Positions 47,033 to 61,394 of a stretch of DNA of 64,000 nucleotides are shown here, in pieces. Source of the stretch: Paraspadella gotoi (lineage: Eukaryota > Animalia > Chaetognatha); assembly GCA_051294375.1 (NCBI GenBank), contig CM119267.1, positions 624,403 to 688,402 of the forward strand, written 5' to 3'. Each line of letters starts with the position of its first letter. Position 1 is the first letter of the stretch. Under the pieces are notes generated by a model. It made no database searches, was not told the origin of the DNA, and saw only the letters and a program-made list of their open reading frames with translations. A program made the position numbers and the translations under genes.

Positions 47033-50000
47033 TTTCTTAATTATTAAATAGATCATTTTTCACTTTCTTTCCTTTCTTTTTTATTACCATTTTATTATTA
47101 TTTTATTATTATTTTCCATTAATAAAACAAATTAATAATTTTAAAGATATTTTTTCTCTTTAATTCTAAATCATTTTTCTTTTCCTTTCAAAAACCTTTA
47201 ATCTCGAACAAAATGTTTTTCATGTCTTCGATCTTAGATCAACTTGGAAGCAAAAACTCATTTCCACTGGAAACAAAAAAAAAAAAAAAAATTTCCGGTT
47301 TCAAGTTTCAGATTAAAAACAAAATTTGACCAAAAAAAAAAACAACAAAAAAAAACTATTTTTAAATCTCTAATGTTAACGGAAACGAATTTATGACAAT
47401 ATTTCTTAAAACTGACGCATTTCCTTCGTTGCTAAGAGACGGGAAGAGAAAAAGTATCTCAATTCGTTTATAAATTCGCTAACAAGCCTAAACGAAAAAA
47501 ACATCTAAACATAACTGAGCTTCTTTTTTTTAACGTCCGCTTTCCTAGTTTAGAATTTAGTTTTTTTTTATAATTAAGTACGTATATTTAAGTTAATATA
47601 TTAAAAAAAAAAAGCTAAGGGATTAAGAACGAAAAACTAATCTGTTTTCTCAGAAAATAGCGCTAAAAACTTTTTCGATTGACCTCGGTAAGTTTATTTT
47701 CTTGTCTCTTTGGTCTCTCTGTCGTGTCTGGTCTGTGCTGTCTGTCTGTTCAACACACGTTTCACCGCTATCAACAACTCAGTTAATATATTTAGTTCAT
47801 AATTGACATTTCGTATTCTCATTATCAGCAGGAGAGTCCGAACGCGTCCCGCTCGAGATGCTCGCCGATCATCGTTTGTCTCTCGTCGCTCGACGAACTG
47901 ATTGGGATTTCGTCCTCAGAAAAATCGTCACCGCTGACGACAACGACAACGACGACGACGACAACGACGACGACGACGACAACGACGACCGTCCGGGCAA
48001 AGCGAGGGAAATCGGTGAGTCGATGTTGGACTCACGGATGGCACTGTTGTGATTTCGATTCTGTGAATGATTGAGATGTCAATGTCGAAAGCAATTTGAT
48101 TTTTGGTGAAGTTGAATTTTCCGTTGATCTTTAAGTCGCTGCAAGGTGTGACTCTATAAGACAATTTTTATGTTGGTCTGTCAGTTTGTAGTTTTGTACG
48201 AGTATCCGTATTTAAAAAAAAATTCAGCTCCTTGTATTTTTGATGCTAGTGCGGAGTACAATAAGTATTCCCCGATCTAATACTTAAGGGAGTGGTCTTT
48301 TCATACAATTGAAACATTCTTTGAAATATTTTCCACTTCATTGATAGGGAAGCCAAGTACTCTGGGAGTGAATAAACGGGACTGTGAGAGAGTCTTGATT
48401 GAAAGCTTGCAGGGACCTGCTATGTCATTATCTTGTAAGAGTGATGGAGGCCTTAAACCACCAAAGCCTGTCCAAAGTCAGGGGCAAGATAGCTTATTTA
48501 TTAAATGAATGGATAATTTTTATATTGGTTGTACCAATTTCATAAAATTCAGCTCCTTGTATTTTGATGCTAGTGCGGAGTACAATAAGTATTCCCCGAT
48601 CTAATACTTAAGGGAGTGGTCTTTTCATACAATTGAAACATTCTTTGAAATATTTTCCACTTCATTGATAGGGAAGCCAAGTACTCTGGGAGTGAATAAA
48701 CGGGACTGTGAGAGAGTCTTGATTGAAAGCTTGCAGGGACCTGCTATGTCATTATCTTGTAAGAGTGATGGAGGCCTTAAACCACCAAAGCCTGTCCAAA
48801 GTCAGGGCAAGATAGCTTATTTATTAAATGAATGGATAATTTTTATATTGGTTGTACCAATTTCATAAAATTCAGCTCCTTGTTTTTTGATGCTAGTGCG
48901 GAGTACAATAAGTATTCCCGATCTAATACTTAAGGGAGTGGTCTTTTCATACAATTGAAACATTCTTTGAAATATTTTCCACTTCATTGATAGGGAAGCC
49001 AAGTACTCTGGGAGTGAATAAACGGGACTGTGAGAGAGTCTTGATTGAAAGCTTGCAGGGACCTGCTATGTCATTATCTTGTAAGAGTGATGGAGGCCTT
49101 AAACACCAAAGCCTGTCAAAGTCAGGGGCAAGATAGCTTATTTATTAAATGAATGGATTAATTTTTATATTGGTTGTACAATTTCATATATATATATAAG
49201 TTAAAAGTTGCATATATTTTTTTTGTTTTTTATTTTTTTTTTATTTCTCCTCCTCTCCCTCTCTCCCTCCCCTTCTCGGCCTTTCCTCGCCCCCCTTCCT
49301 CTCCCCCTCTCCCTCTCTGTCAGACCCTCATCGCCTCTACAACCTCATGTCTTCACCTCGCTTCGCCAGTTCACTCGTGATCGACGTGAGACCAAAACGT
49401 GAATTCGACGCTTTTCATATTTTCGGTTCCATTCACGTCGACTGGGAGGAATTTCACTACGAGGAGATGGCCAAAGGGGGTGAGAGAGAGAGAGAGAGAG
49501 AGATAGAGGGAGGAGAGAGAGAGAGAGAGAGAGAGAGATTAGTAAGAGGAAGAAAACTAAGTCAATTAAAACCTTCCAATCTTTTCCCCTCTGGTTTCCA
49601 CCACCCAACCACCCAACCACCCAACCACCCAAAGCTCATTCCACCTCCACCCGCCACCTTCATCGCCTCGATTCCGCACACGTTCGTCCACACGCTCTTC
49701 CTCTTCTCGGTCGACTCCATCAAATCGTCTTCAGCGTCGTCGTCGTCGTCTTCTCCGACTCCTGTCAAGATTGTCGTCGAGTCGCCGACTCCTTCGTCAG
49801 ATTTCTTCGCTGGAGCAGAAAGGGTGGAGCTGGTGGAGCTGGTGCAGTTGGAGCTGGTGGAGGTGGAGCTGGAGGAGGTGGAGCTGGAGGAGTCATGGAT
49901 CGAAGCAGGAGCGAAAGGATTTTCACTTTGAAAGGAGGAATCGAAAGTTTTGCTGAGAAAAAACCAAATTTGATGGTGAGAAGTTTAATACAAAAAAAAT

Positions 50001-53000
50001 TTGTAAAAATCTCTTTTCCCATTTCGTGGTCTTCGATTTACCATCTAGGAAAAAAGTATATCACATTTTTAGCGGAGGGTATCTACTCAAAAACGTGATC
50101 GATGAACATCATTGATTTTAAAAAATCAAAATGTTTCAGAATTTACCTTAAATTTTCTTTCAGTAGCTTCCTTCTATTTTCTCATAGATCAAATTGTTTA
50201 AAAATTAGAGGCAAAAAAGATCGCTACCACAAATAAAAATGGCGAAAAAAAATCATATTTAGTTTTTTATCATTTTTGTTTTTTTGATATTAAATTATTT
50301 GTTTTTAGTTCGAATTGAGATAATTATTTTTATATTTTTTTAAATTTGGGAATGCCAAAGGTAGTGCATCTCTTTTGGGTTCATAAAGGTGCTATTGTAA
50401 CTCTCAGAAAACAGGCAAAAATGTATAACATTGATGGTTGGGCTGAAAAGAATCGCGTTTAAGATATAGAAAAACATGTTACCATCATACCTCAATTCGC
50501 TGTATGAAAGCATACCCAAACGAATATAAACAATAATCAATACCAAAAATAAAACATACTAAATATTATAAATATTTTCTATATTTTTTATGGAATTAAT
50601 AAACTTTTTAACAATTTAGTAATATAATTTTTTACTAGATAGTAATTATCTTATAAATCTTAACTTAACATACCCCGGACAAAGTCAGGAGGTGAGATAG
50701 CTTATTCATTATGAAATTGGTATAAGAGTGGGACTCAGGTTATGAATTATATATTCATAATTATTTTATCAAATTATTACAAAATTATCTATGAATCAAT
50801 TAAACTACTATACAATATAGAAAAGCATTATAAAATCCAAAAATATGCCTAATAATAAAACAGTACAAAAATCAATTGGACTTTAAATGAGTTTCTGCTA
50901 TATGCAAATGAGATTGATGAAATCTCTATCTCATTTAGTATTGTTCGAAAAATCTATCTCTTACATTGGTACAACCAATATAAAAATTATCTATTCAAGG
51001 ATCCAAAGTTTTTTTTAAATTTAATTATATATTCTCAGTCCAATTGAAAGACAGAGTCACAGACAGACAACAGACAGACAGACAGGCAAAATCAAAAAGG
51101 CAGAAGTTAGGTTTCCATCCCCTTAAATATCATTTTGAGTTGACGTACCTCGACGCTCGATGATGTCAGTTGCCTTTTACAGATCACCGGATCGACCAAC
51201 GGCGTCGACAACGACGACGACGACGCCCTCGTGCGGCGTCTTTTTCCCGGCGCCATGACGACGCCCTACACGAAGCGCCGGTTTACGCTACCGACGGAGG
51301 TGATCGAAAACGCCCTCTATTTGGGAGGAAGTGATTCGGCGTCATCGAGGGAAGTGATTAAAGGTGAGGAGAAGTGATAAAAGATTTGGGGAAAGTGATA
51401 AAATAATTGGGGCAAGTGATAAAAGAATTGGGGCAAGTGATAAAAGAATTGGGCAAGTGATAAAAGAAAGGGGCAAGTGATAAAAGAATGGGGCAAGTGA
51501 TAAAAGAATTGGGGTAAGTGATAAAATAATTGGGGCAAGTGATAAAAGAATTAGAGCAAGTAATAAAAGAATTTGCTTAAGTGATAAAGGAATTAGGGCA
51601 AGTGATAAAAAAAGGGGCAAGCGATAAAAGAATAGGGCAAGTGATAAAAATGAAACAAGTTCTGGGCTAGGAATCAGGCTGGGGGGGGGGGTCAAAAGAG
51701 TTGATGTTTAAAAATCATCATCGCCCACGTCCCTCCTCTTCTCCAGCACTGGGCATCACCCACATCATCAACGTGTCCTCAACTCCATCAAATTGTGAGG
51801 AGCGACTCCATCATCTCGACCTCCTCATCGAGAACTCTTTGACTTACGACCTTCGGCCGCATTTCGAGAGGATCCTCCAGTTTAGCTACGAGGCGTTGGG
51901 GATAAAGAGAGTGAGCGGAGAAGGGAAAGAGCGATTAGAGGATTGATTGATTGAATGTTTGATTGATTTCCTCCCAGGGTTCCTCCTCCTCCTCCTCCTC
52001 CTCTTCCCGCCTCCTCATCTACGACGACGACGGCGTCTCTTCTTCCTCTTCCGTCGTCCTCCTCTTCCTCCTGGATTGGCGCGGCCTCTCGCTGCGCCAC
52101 GCCTTCGATCTCCTGCGGCGGAAGCGGCCCGTGGCGCGGCCCAACGCCAACCTGATGGCGCAGTTGGCGAGATTCGAGAAGGAGAAGAGAGGGAGGCAGT
52201 CGGTCTTCTTTCCGCAGGTAATGAAAGGGAAAGGGAAACTGTGGAGCAACGCATTCACACTTTCACACATTCACACTCCGCGAACCTCGGTGGCGTAAGA
52301 GCGAGCATTTTCTCCTTCTGCTGAGCGGCCTTGGGTTCGCGCCTCATTGGTTGTCAATGCTAGTTAGCGGAAGCGGACATCGAAATATAAAAGAGGGCAA
52401 ATAGGTCTAAGATAAGTAGTATAAAGCCAACGTACTAAACTGTTAATCACTAATAGTGCTAAAAGACTATAATTCACTGCCGAAAAATTGAAAAACAGAA
52501 CTAACTTTGAAACCCGAAATGAAAATGAACCAATTTAAGTTCAACACTACAATATGTAAATGAGATTGAGAAATTCAATCTCATTTAAGATCATATTAAA
52601 CAATCATCCCTTACAATTACAGTTAGAACTAGAAGTTCTGTAGGTAGTGTAGTTTGGTGTAGTTTGGCAAAAAAAGAAAAAAAATTAAGAAAAAAAAAAA
52701 GAAATAAAAAGAAAAACGTTCAAGAAAAAGGAAAAGAGAGACTTCGAAAGGCGTGACCACTTTGTCTCATCTCTCCTCCGTTCTCTCGAGTTAATAGAGC
52801 TGAGCCTACGTAACTCTCTCTCAACTCCTGGGAGAGAGAGTAGATTATAACGTTTAATATTATTAATATTATTACGTTCAATTTGAATTGAGGACAGACT
52901 GACTAGAATCACTGACTTTGTTCCCCATTGGAAGCCAAAGGGTTAAGCTCAGTTGCTCAGTTGCTGAGTTGCGAAGGTTGAGAGATCCCTTGATCTCAAA

Positions 53001-53536
53001 AGAACGATGGAGATTCGCGGAGGTAAGACAAAAAGGTAAGGCAAGGTAGGGTAAGGCAAAAAGGCCACTCCTTTGGTAAAGTCACCTAGAAAGTCAAATT
53101 CAAAAGATAAAAAAAAAAGGAAAGTTAGATATGAAAATAATTTAATTTATTTGTAAAATTGAAAGTAAAAATATCCCATTTTTTCGTCCCCACTTTTCCT
53201 CCTCTCTCAACCACACTTCATCACACTCCAAATCCACAGTCCGATCGGCAACCCACACATTCAACGCCGTTCCACTGGCGCGACATTAACGGCTCCGTCG
53301 AACCGGCGTCGCGTTTCCATCCGCGCCCGACGGCGATGGATCGGCGCGTCGTCTTTCGAGACGTCGACGTGGCGGCGCTCAAGGCGAGATCGAGGCTCAA
53401 GATGGCCGCGCCCGTTTCTTCAATCTCCACCTCCACCGTCGCGAGATCGAGGCTGGCGACGATGAAATGTTTCTCATCGAATCTGACGTCGGAGGCGACG
53501 ATCACGAAAACGAGGCTGACGACGCTCGTTGCTTAG
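46771..53536 (+). CDS. Rhodanese plus catalytically dead dual-specificity phosphatase domain protein (STYXL1/MK-STYX-like)
   Basis: Exons 46771-46792 (start uncertain), 47832-48014, 49324-49479, 49635-49975, 51183-51363, 51747-51910, 51978-52217, 53240-53536, in frame. Rhodanese: DPHRLYNLM, VIDVRPKREFDAFHIFGS, TLKGGIESF; DSP: PTEVIENALYLGG, LGITHIINVS, RPVARPNANLMAQL; HCxxGxSR replaced by YDDDGVSSS. Confidence 0.82.
48220..49188 (+). repeat. Three head-to-tail copies of a ~324-bp element in a STYXL1-like intron
   Basis: Units start AAATTCAGCTCC at 48220, 48545 and 48868 and end CAATTTCATA; near-identical. Confidence 0.95.
51373..51650. repeat. 21-bp minisatellite (AAGTGATAAAAGAATTGGGGC)
   Basis: About 13 units starting just after the donor at 51364. 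Confidence 0.9.
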
Positions 53537-54867
53537 CGACGGGAAGACGCGAAAGGAATTTAGACGCCGTAGACTATTTAGTTTGAAATTAGTCGATATA
53601 TATTGTGTAGGAGGAAAAAATATATATATTTGTAGTTTAACTTTACTCGTGACATTTAGTAATTGATTTTTTTTGTTGTGTTATGTACCTGAAAGCTATA
53701 TTTATTTATTCTAGCTTGTTAAATCGTACATTTATCTATTTATTACAAAATTTTCATTCGTATGTTAATTTTAAACTTCCGATTAGAACCTTTTAGCTAA
53801 GATTAAACAATAAACATATATGTAGTTAAACTAGTGTCGTTAGTCTATTTTCAATGGTTGAGAAAAAATATATCGCTTGAAATAGGTTATCTCATTTAAT
53901 TATTTAGCTTCCTAAACTTTTTGACCCATTACAGAACAAAATGAAATAAAAATAATACATAAGTCATAGACCATTCAAGGAAAAACTTGTGGATATGACG
54001 CTTTTGGGCTTTAACCTTCTTCGCGAGGCATGGAAAAGGTCCTGGGCTTGGAAGCAGGCATGGAACAGATCCTGGGCTTGGAAGCAGGCATGAGGGTTAG
54101 TACAGTTCCTTAAGGCATCCTTGATCGATCCCTATACCTTATGGTCAATTGGCATTACTCAAAGAGCCACCGGGTCACGACTGAAGGTGTCATGCTAGGC
54201 GTGTTGAACTAATTGTAATCCCCGACTACGAACTCTTGGATTTCAAGAGCGAAATTGAGTGAAGGAAAGAGAAAAAGTTTATAATTTTGTCCGCATTAAT
54301 TTGCGACGTCCTACTATTTAAATATGTCGATATTATCTCTGCAAATAGAAAAATTATTAATTTTCTCTCATTCTCTTTTTAATTCCGACTTCTAATAATT
54401 AGCAATCTTTAGCGAAGAGAGCCTAATTTTTTTTTTTTAGTTTTAAATGTTTTTTTATAGTTTTTTTAAAAGTTTTACTCCAAAGTAAAAAATTAAAAAT
54501 AAAAGAGGAATTCTCCGCCGTCGAATTCCAGTTATTCGGACACCGACTTCGATTCCAGTGGGGAGGAGAACTTTAATGTCAATGGTGAGATAGAGAGAGA
54601 GACGGGAAGAGGGAGGAGAGAGACTGGGAGAGGGAGACGGAGTCGGGGAAAGAGAGAGAGAGAGAGAGAGAGAATGACAAAAAAGCGAAGGTAGAAAAGC
54701 GAGAATATTTATTGTAGATTGCGTTGTTGTTGTTGTTGTTGAGAATAGCGAATAAAAATAAAATAGAATAGTGAATTGATCTGCGCAATTCCCAGTGTCT
54801 CCTCTCCCGCTTTGACTGACCCAACTATTTCACAAACCCATCTTTACTCACCCAGAGGCGACACCAA

Positions 54868-55039
54868 ATGGAGGGTGAGGTCATTGACCAAAGAGTCAAA
54901 GAGACCAACGCCAAATCATTGGCCGCCACCAAGAATATGGTTGCCAAGATAAAGGCGCGGCGCTATCGTGACCAAAGCCAACCTGAGAAGACAGGGCGGA
55001 GAAAATGAAAGTGTGGGAATGAACTGTACTCTCTCTCTG

Positions 55040-55098
<59 letters not shown>

Positions 55099-55667
55099 CT
55101 CTTCTCTCTCTGACAATGTGGTCAATTATCTGTTCTATTTTGGTTCCATCTTTTTCTCTCTGTCTCTCTCTCTTTAGGTAAATATTTTCTCCTTATCTCT
55201 ACTCTTCTATCTTTCTTCTTTCCTTTCCTCTTACTCCTCCTTTCTCTCTCTCCCTCCTTCTTCCTTCCTCTCGCCTTTCACTCTCTCCTCCCTATCCTCA
55301 TCTCCTCTTCCTCCCTCTTTTCCTTCCCCACTCTCTCCTCACTCCTCCTTCCCCTCTCTCCCTCTTCTCTTCCTCTTTCCCCCCTCTCTCCTCTCTCCCT
55401 CCCCTCCCTCCTCCCTCCCCCAAAGGGCGTGGAGCGGGACTTGGACGATCAGGCGGAGATGATGGACGAAGCCGAGAGAGACTTGGACGAGATGGACGAT
55501 TCCGGCTGCTGCGGCTGCTGCTGCCCCGGCCGCTGCAAGAGGGGGAGGAAGAGAAGAGGGGAACGACGATCGCAGCGAATAAGAAGAAGAGGAAAGTTCA
55601 ATATCACGCAGTCAGGAACGAGAATGGAGAGGAGAGGGTGAGAGAAGAGAGAGAGACGAGGAGAGAG

Positions 55668-55708
<41 letters not shown>

Positions 55709-57265
55709 GCGGCAAGGAAAAGGGTCTCTCTTTTCTCTCTTCCCTCTTTATTCGGTTTCTCCCTCCTCCCTCCCTTCTCCCCCCGTCCCTTCCTCCATTT
55801 CCCTCCTCCCTCTTCCTTCCCCCTCCTCCTCCTCCTCTTTTGCTCCCCTGCCCCTCTCCTTCCCCCATTCCTCCTCCCTCTTCCTTCTCCCTCCCTTCTT
55901 TTCTCCATCCTCACCACCACCTCCTGCCACCTCTTCTCCCGCCCCTCTCTCTTCCCCTTCCTCCCTCCCTCCCTTCTCCCTCCCTCTCCCTCCTCTCTCC
56001 TCTCCCTCCATCTCTTCTTCTCTTTCGCAGAAGAGCGAACAGCGCCAATTTTCGTTACGTCACCAAAGACGCGCAGGAGGAACAAATGGCGGATAATCTT
56101 GAGATGGTGGACGCCATGTTGGATGAGATCGACCTGTTGGCGGATGAGATGAACACGGAGATCAAGGTTGGCCTGAAGGATGAATTGAGAGATGGAGGTG
56201 TGGCCTTAAGATGAATTGAGAGATAGAGGTGTGGCCTTAAGATGAAGTGGGAAATCAAGGTTGGCCTTGGATGAATGAGACACGGAGGTGTGGCCTTAAG
56301 ATGAAGTGGGAAATCAATGTTGGCCTATCTGGATAATTGAGAAACGGAGGTGGGCCTTAAGAATGAAGTGGGAAATCAAGCTTGGCCTTAAGATGAATTG
56401 AGAGACGGAGGTGTGGCCTTAAGATGAAGTGGGAAATCAAGGTTGGCCTTAAGATGAAATGAGAGATAGAGGTGTGGCCTTAAATGAAGTGGGAAATCAA
56501 GCTTGGCCTTAAGATGAATTGAGAGACGGAGGTTTGCCCTTAAGATGAAGTGGAAATCAAGGTTGGCCTTAAGATGAATTGAGAATCGGAGGTGTGGCCT
56601 TAAGATGAAGTGGGAAATCGAGGTTGGCCTTAAGATGAATTGAGAATCGGAGGTGTGGCCTTAAGATGAAGTGGGAAATCAAGGTTGGCCTTTGGATGAA
56701 TTGAGAGACGGAGGTGTGCCTTAAGATGAAGTGGAAAAATCAATGTTGGCCTTTGGATGAATTGAGAGATGGAGGTGTGGGATTTTGTTAGTGATGACTG
56801 ATAAGTGTTATGGATTTGGGTTGGAGAGTTGGGCTTAGGGTTAGATTTTAGGATTTGGTTAGGGCTAGGGTCAGTTTAGGGATTGGGATTTATGTTTAGA
56901 GTAATTTCTGAGATAAAGGAATAAAAATGGGGCAAGGTAAGTCGTTGCTTCCCATCGCTTGGTAAGTCGTTGCTTCCCATCGCTTGGTAAGTCGTTTTGC
57001 TTCCCATTACTTGCTTCCTCGATTTGTTTCAGGAGTTTTGTTCTCTTTAAATTGTGGTTAATTTAATTGACAAGTCATTGATTGGTCATTGATCAAATAT
57101 CTATACTTCCAGGACCAGAACAATCGTCTCGAACGAGTGGAAGACAAAGCGAAAGCGAATCAGAAACAAATGACGCGAATGAACGCAAAATCGGATAAAA
57201 TTATAAAAGGAGCGAATGTGAAGAAAGAGGAGGGGGGATTAGCAGGGGAAGCGATGGGAATTTGA
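54868..57265 (+). CDS. Divergent SNAP-25/SNAP-23-like Qbc SNARE
   Basis: Exons 54868-55010 (indel-damaged), 55426-55637, 56031-56166, 57113-57265. SN1 NAKSLAATKNM...LRRQG..MKGVERDLD...EAERDLDEM; Cys cluster CCGCCCPGRC; SN2 VTKDAQEEQMADNLEMV...EMNTEIKDQNNRLERV. Confidence 0.82.
56160..56780. repeat. ~61-bp minisatellite (two ~30-bp halves), about 10 copies, containing the exon-3 donor sequence
   Basis: Unit AAATCAAGGTTGGCCTTAAGATGAATTGAGAGACGGAGGTGTGGCCTTAAGATGAAGTGGG. Confidence 0.92.
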
Positions 57266-58212
57266 AGTGGGGAAAGGTGGGGATTAGACGGGGAAGGGTT
57301 GGGGATTTGAAGTGGGGAAAGGTGGGCATTGGTAAGGGAAGGGTTGGGGATGTGAAGTGGGAAAAAGGTGGGGATTAGCAAGGGAAGCGTTGAGATCATA
57401 GTGCGTATAAGGATGAGGAAGAAGTTGGTTTTAGAAAAGGGAGTGTTAGTCTTCCCTGGTTTACTACATAATTCTCTTGGTGCTTCGTCTCATAATTTAA
57501 TCATTTTATCGTTTTTTTAAAAAAATCGTTTGCATCATTATTAAAGTTGCTCTTCGATTTTTAATAATCATTAATAATGTTCGATTAATAGCCATATCGT
57601 GTCCTGAGCCTTTTGTTCCTTTTTAATTTTCTTATTTTTAGTTTAGAAAGAAAAAAAACAATGAAGATCATCTCTGCTTGCTGCGCATCGCTTGATTTGT
57701 TTACAGATTTGTAAAATAAATGATTGACTCGAGCTGACAAGCAATTAATTCGAACAAGCGCATGACACAAAGCAGTTAAAGTTAATCGTAGGCTATATTG
57801 AGACTTGGAATTAATTTTTTCTTGTTTTCTGTTTTTGTAAAAATGATTTTTCGGTCATGAGATGACGACGACGACGACGACGACAACTGCGAGACTTGTC
57901 TGGAACTTGTCGGCTCGTTTCTTAGCGACAAGATTGCCTTTCCCCACGACGACGACGACGACGACGAGGGTTCGACACGCCATCTCATTGCAGTCTCATG
58001 CCATCTCAATGCCATCATCGAAAGAGAAAAACACGAATGACGAAGTCAAAACGGAAACTCGTTGCTTAAAAGATTTTGTATTAAAATGAACATTTTTATA
58101 ACATAAAATATATTTTTAATTTCTTCGTGAAGTTCGAAGTTTAAAAGTTCTGAATCGAATTTAAATTCAATTCTTCTAATCGAAATCGTAATTTCATTAT
58201 CCCACTTTATTG

Positions 58213-58613
58213 AGAGGGAATAAACAAGACTGTAATAGAGTCTTAATTGAAAGCTTGCGACGTCATTATCTTGTAAGAGTGATGCAGTCCTAAAACCACC
58301 AAAGCCTGTCCTAAGTCAAGATAGCTTGTTTATTAAATCTAATACTTATATCTAATACTTAAGGGAGTGGTCTTTTCATACAATTGAAACATTCTTTGAA
58401 ATATTATGCCACTTCATTGATAGGGAAGCCAGGTACTCTGGGAGTGAATAAATAAGACTGTGTGAGAGTCTTGATTGAAAGCTTAGAGGGACCTGCTATG
58501 TCATTATCTTGTAAGAGTGATGGAGGCCTTAAACCAGCAAAGCCTGTTCAAAGTCAAGATAGCTTATCTATTAAATAAATGAATAATTTTTATATCGGTT
58601 GAACCAATTTCAT
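58213..58613 (+). mobile_element. Diverged, rearranged copies of the ~324-bp element
   Basis: Blocks TCTAATACTTAAGGGAGTGG..., GGGACCTGCTATGTCATTATCTTGTAAGAG..., ending CCAATTTCATA. Confidence 0.85.
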
Positions 58614-58698
58614 ATCGGCGAACACATTTCATACGAAAACAAATAAAAATAAAGACACGAAACATAACAGAAAACAAAACTAACGAGAAGGAATAAAG

Positions 58699-60103
<1,405 letters not shown>

Positions 60104-60776
60104 ATAAACAATCATCAAATTTTACCAAGAACATATCACAAAATATGTAAACACTTTTAAAACCTTAAATCTTAAGCGGCTGTTATCGGAGAAACTGAGA
60201 AAATGTTATCTACTCACGTGATTACTCACAAAAGTATGCCACGTACGTTTAAATTCACCATTTTATAGAAAAATAATAGAGGAAAATGGTATCTTAACTA
60301 TGTTACTCATGAACAATTTTAGGTAAGTAAACACTAACGCTTGATACGCTACTCGAAAAATTAATTAATTAACTAACTAATTAACTAATTAATTAATTAA
60401 CTTATTAATTCTAGCCAAAGTATATGGCGCATTCACATTAATTACAATGTTCAGTGTTCACTGTTAACCTATACTACAATACAATACGGATTAATACAAT
60501 ACTACAATTACTCTTTTTTTTCAATTTAATGTTTTTCAACTAACTCACACTCAATTACCATTTTTTTTAATTTTGTGTTTAATACAAGAATTTAATTAAT
60601 GAATCCCATTGCAAAACAGAGCGTTTTAAACATCAACAAAATTGTGCCTTTTAATAAATTCAGTTTCAGATTTTTAAGGTTTAATATTTGAGAATACAAA
60701 CAAAAGCTTCAAACGAACAAAAGAACATTAGATCTCCAAAAATGACGACGACGACGAAATATTGAGAATCACCGTC

Positions 60777-60847
60777 ATGACGTCAATGTTGCGTTTAGAG
60801 GAGAAGGCAGAGTCATTGGTCGAGAGAATCTTTGACGAGTCTGTCAG

Positions 60848-60889
<42 letters not shown>

Positions 60890-60934
60890 ATGTATTATTT
60901 ATAGGAGTAAAGGGCAGGGGGAGAGAGAGAAGAG

Positions 60935-60996
<62 letters not shown>

Positions 60997-61149
60997 AAGA
61001 TGTGATAAGATAAAAATCCCGATAAATTCTTTTCAATCGAATAATTGAATCAAAACCGAGAATTTTTTTTGGATCGAAAACGAGAAAACAAAGTTGGGGT
61101 CTGAAGAAACGCGCGAATTATGAGGGGGAAAGTGATTGCATCTCCGAGC

Positions 61150-61211
<62 letters not shown>

Positions 61212-61327
61212 CCTCAAATTAATTTCTCACTTTTTTCTCTCCCGGGAGTTAATTAGGAAAACGTACGTTTTATCAATTAATTCACTAAATTTAAGTCTTT
61301 CCCGTTCTTCGCTTTCTCTCTCTCTCT

Positions 61328-61394
<67 letters not shown>

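Noticed and set aside
52284-52345. tRNA gene (also B-box-like words at ~25230 and ~30775)
   Set aside because: Only A/B-box-like words; no cloverleaf; at most degenerate SINE heads
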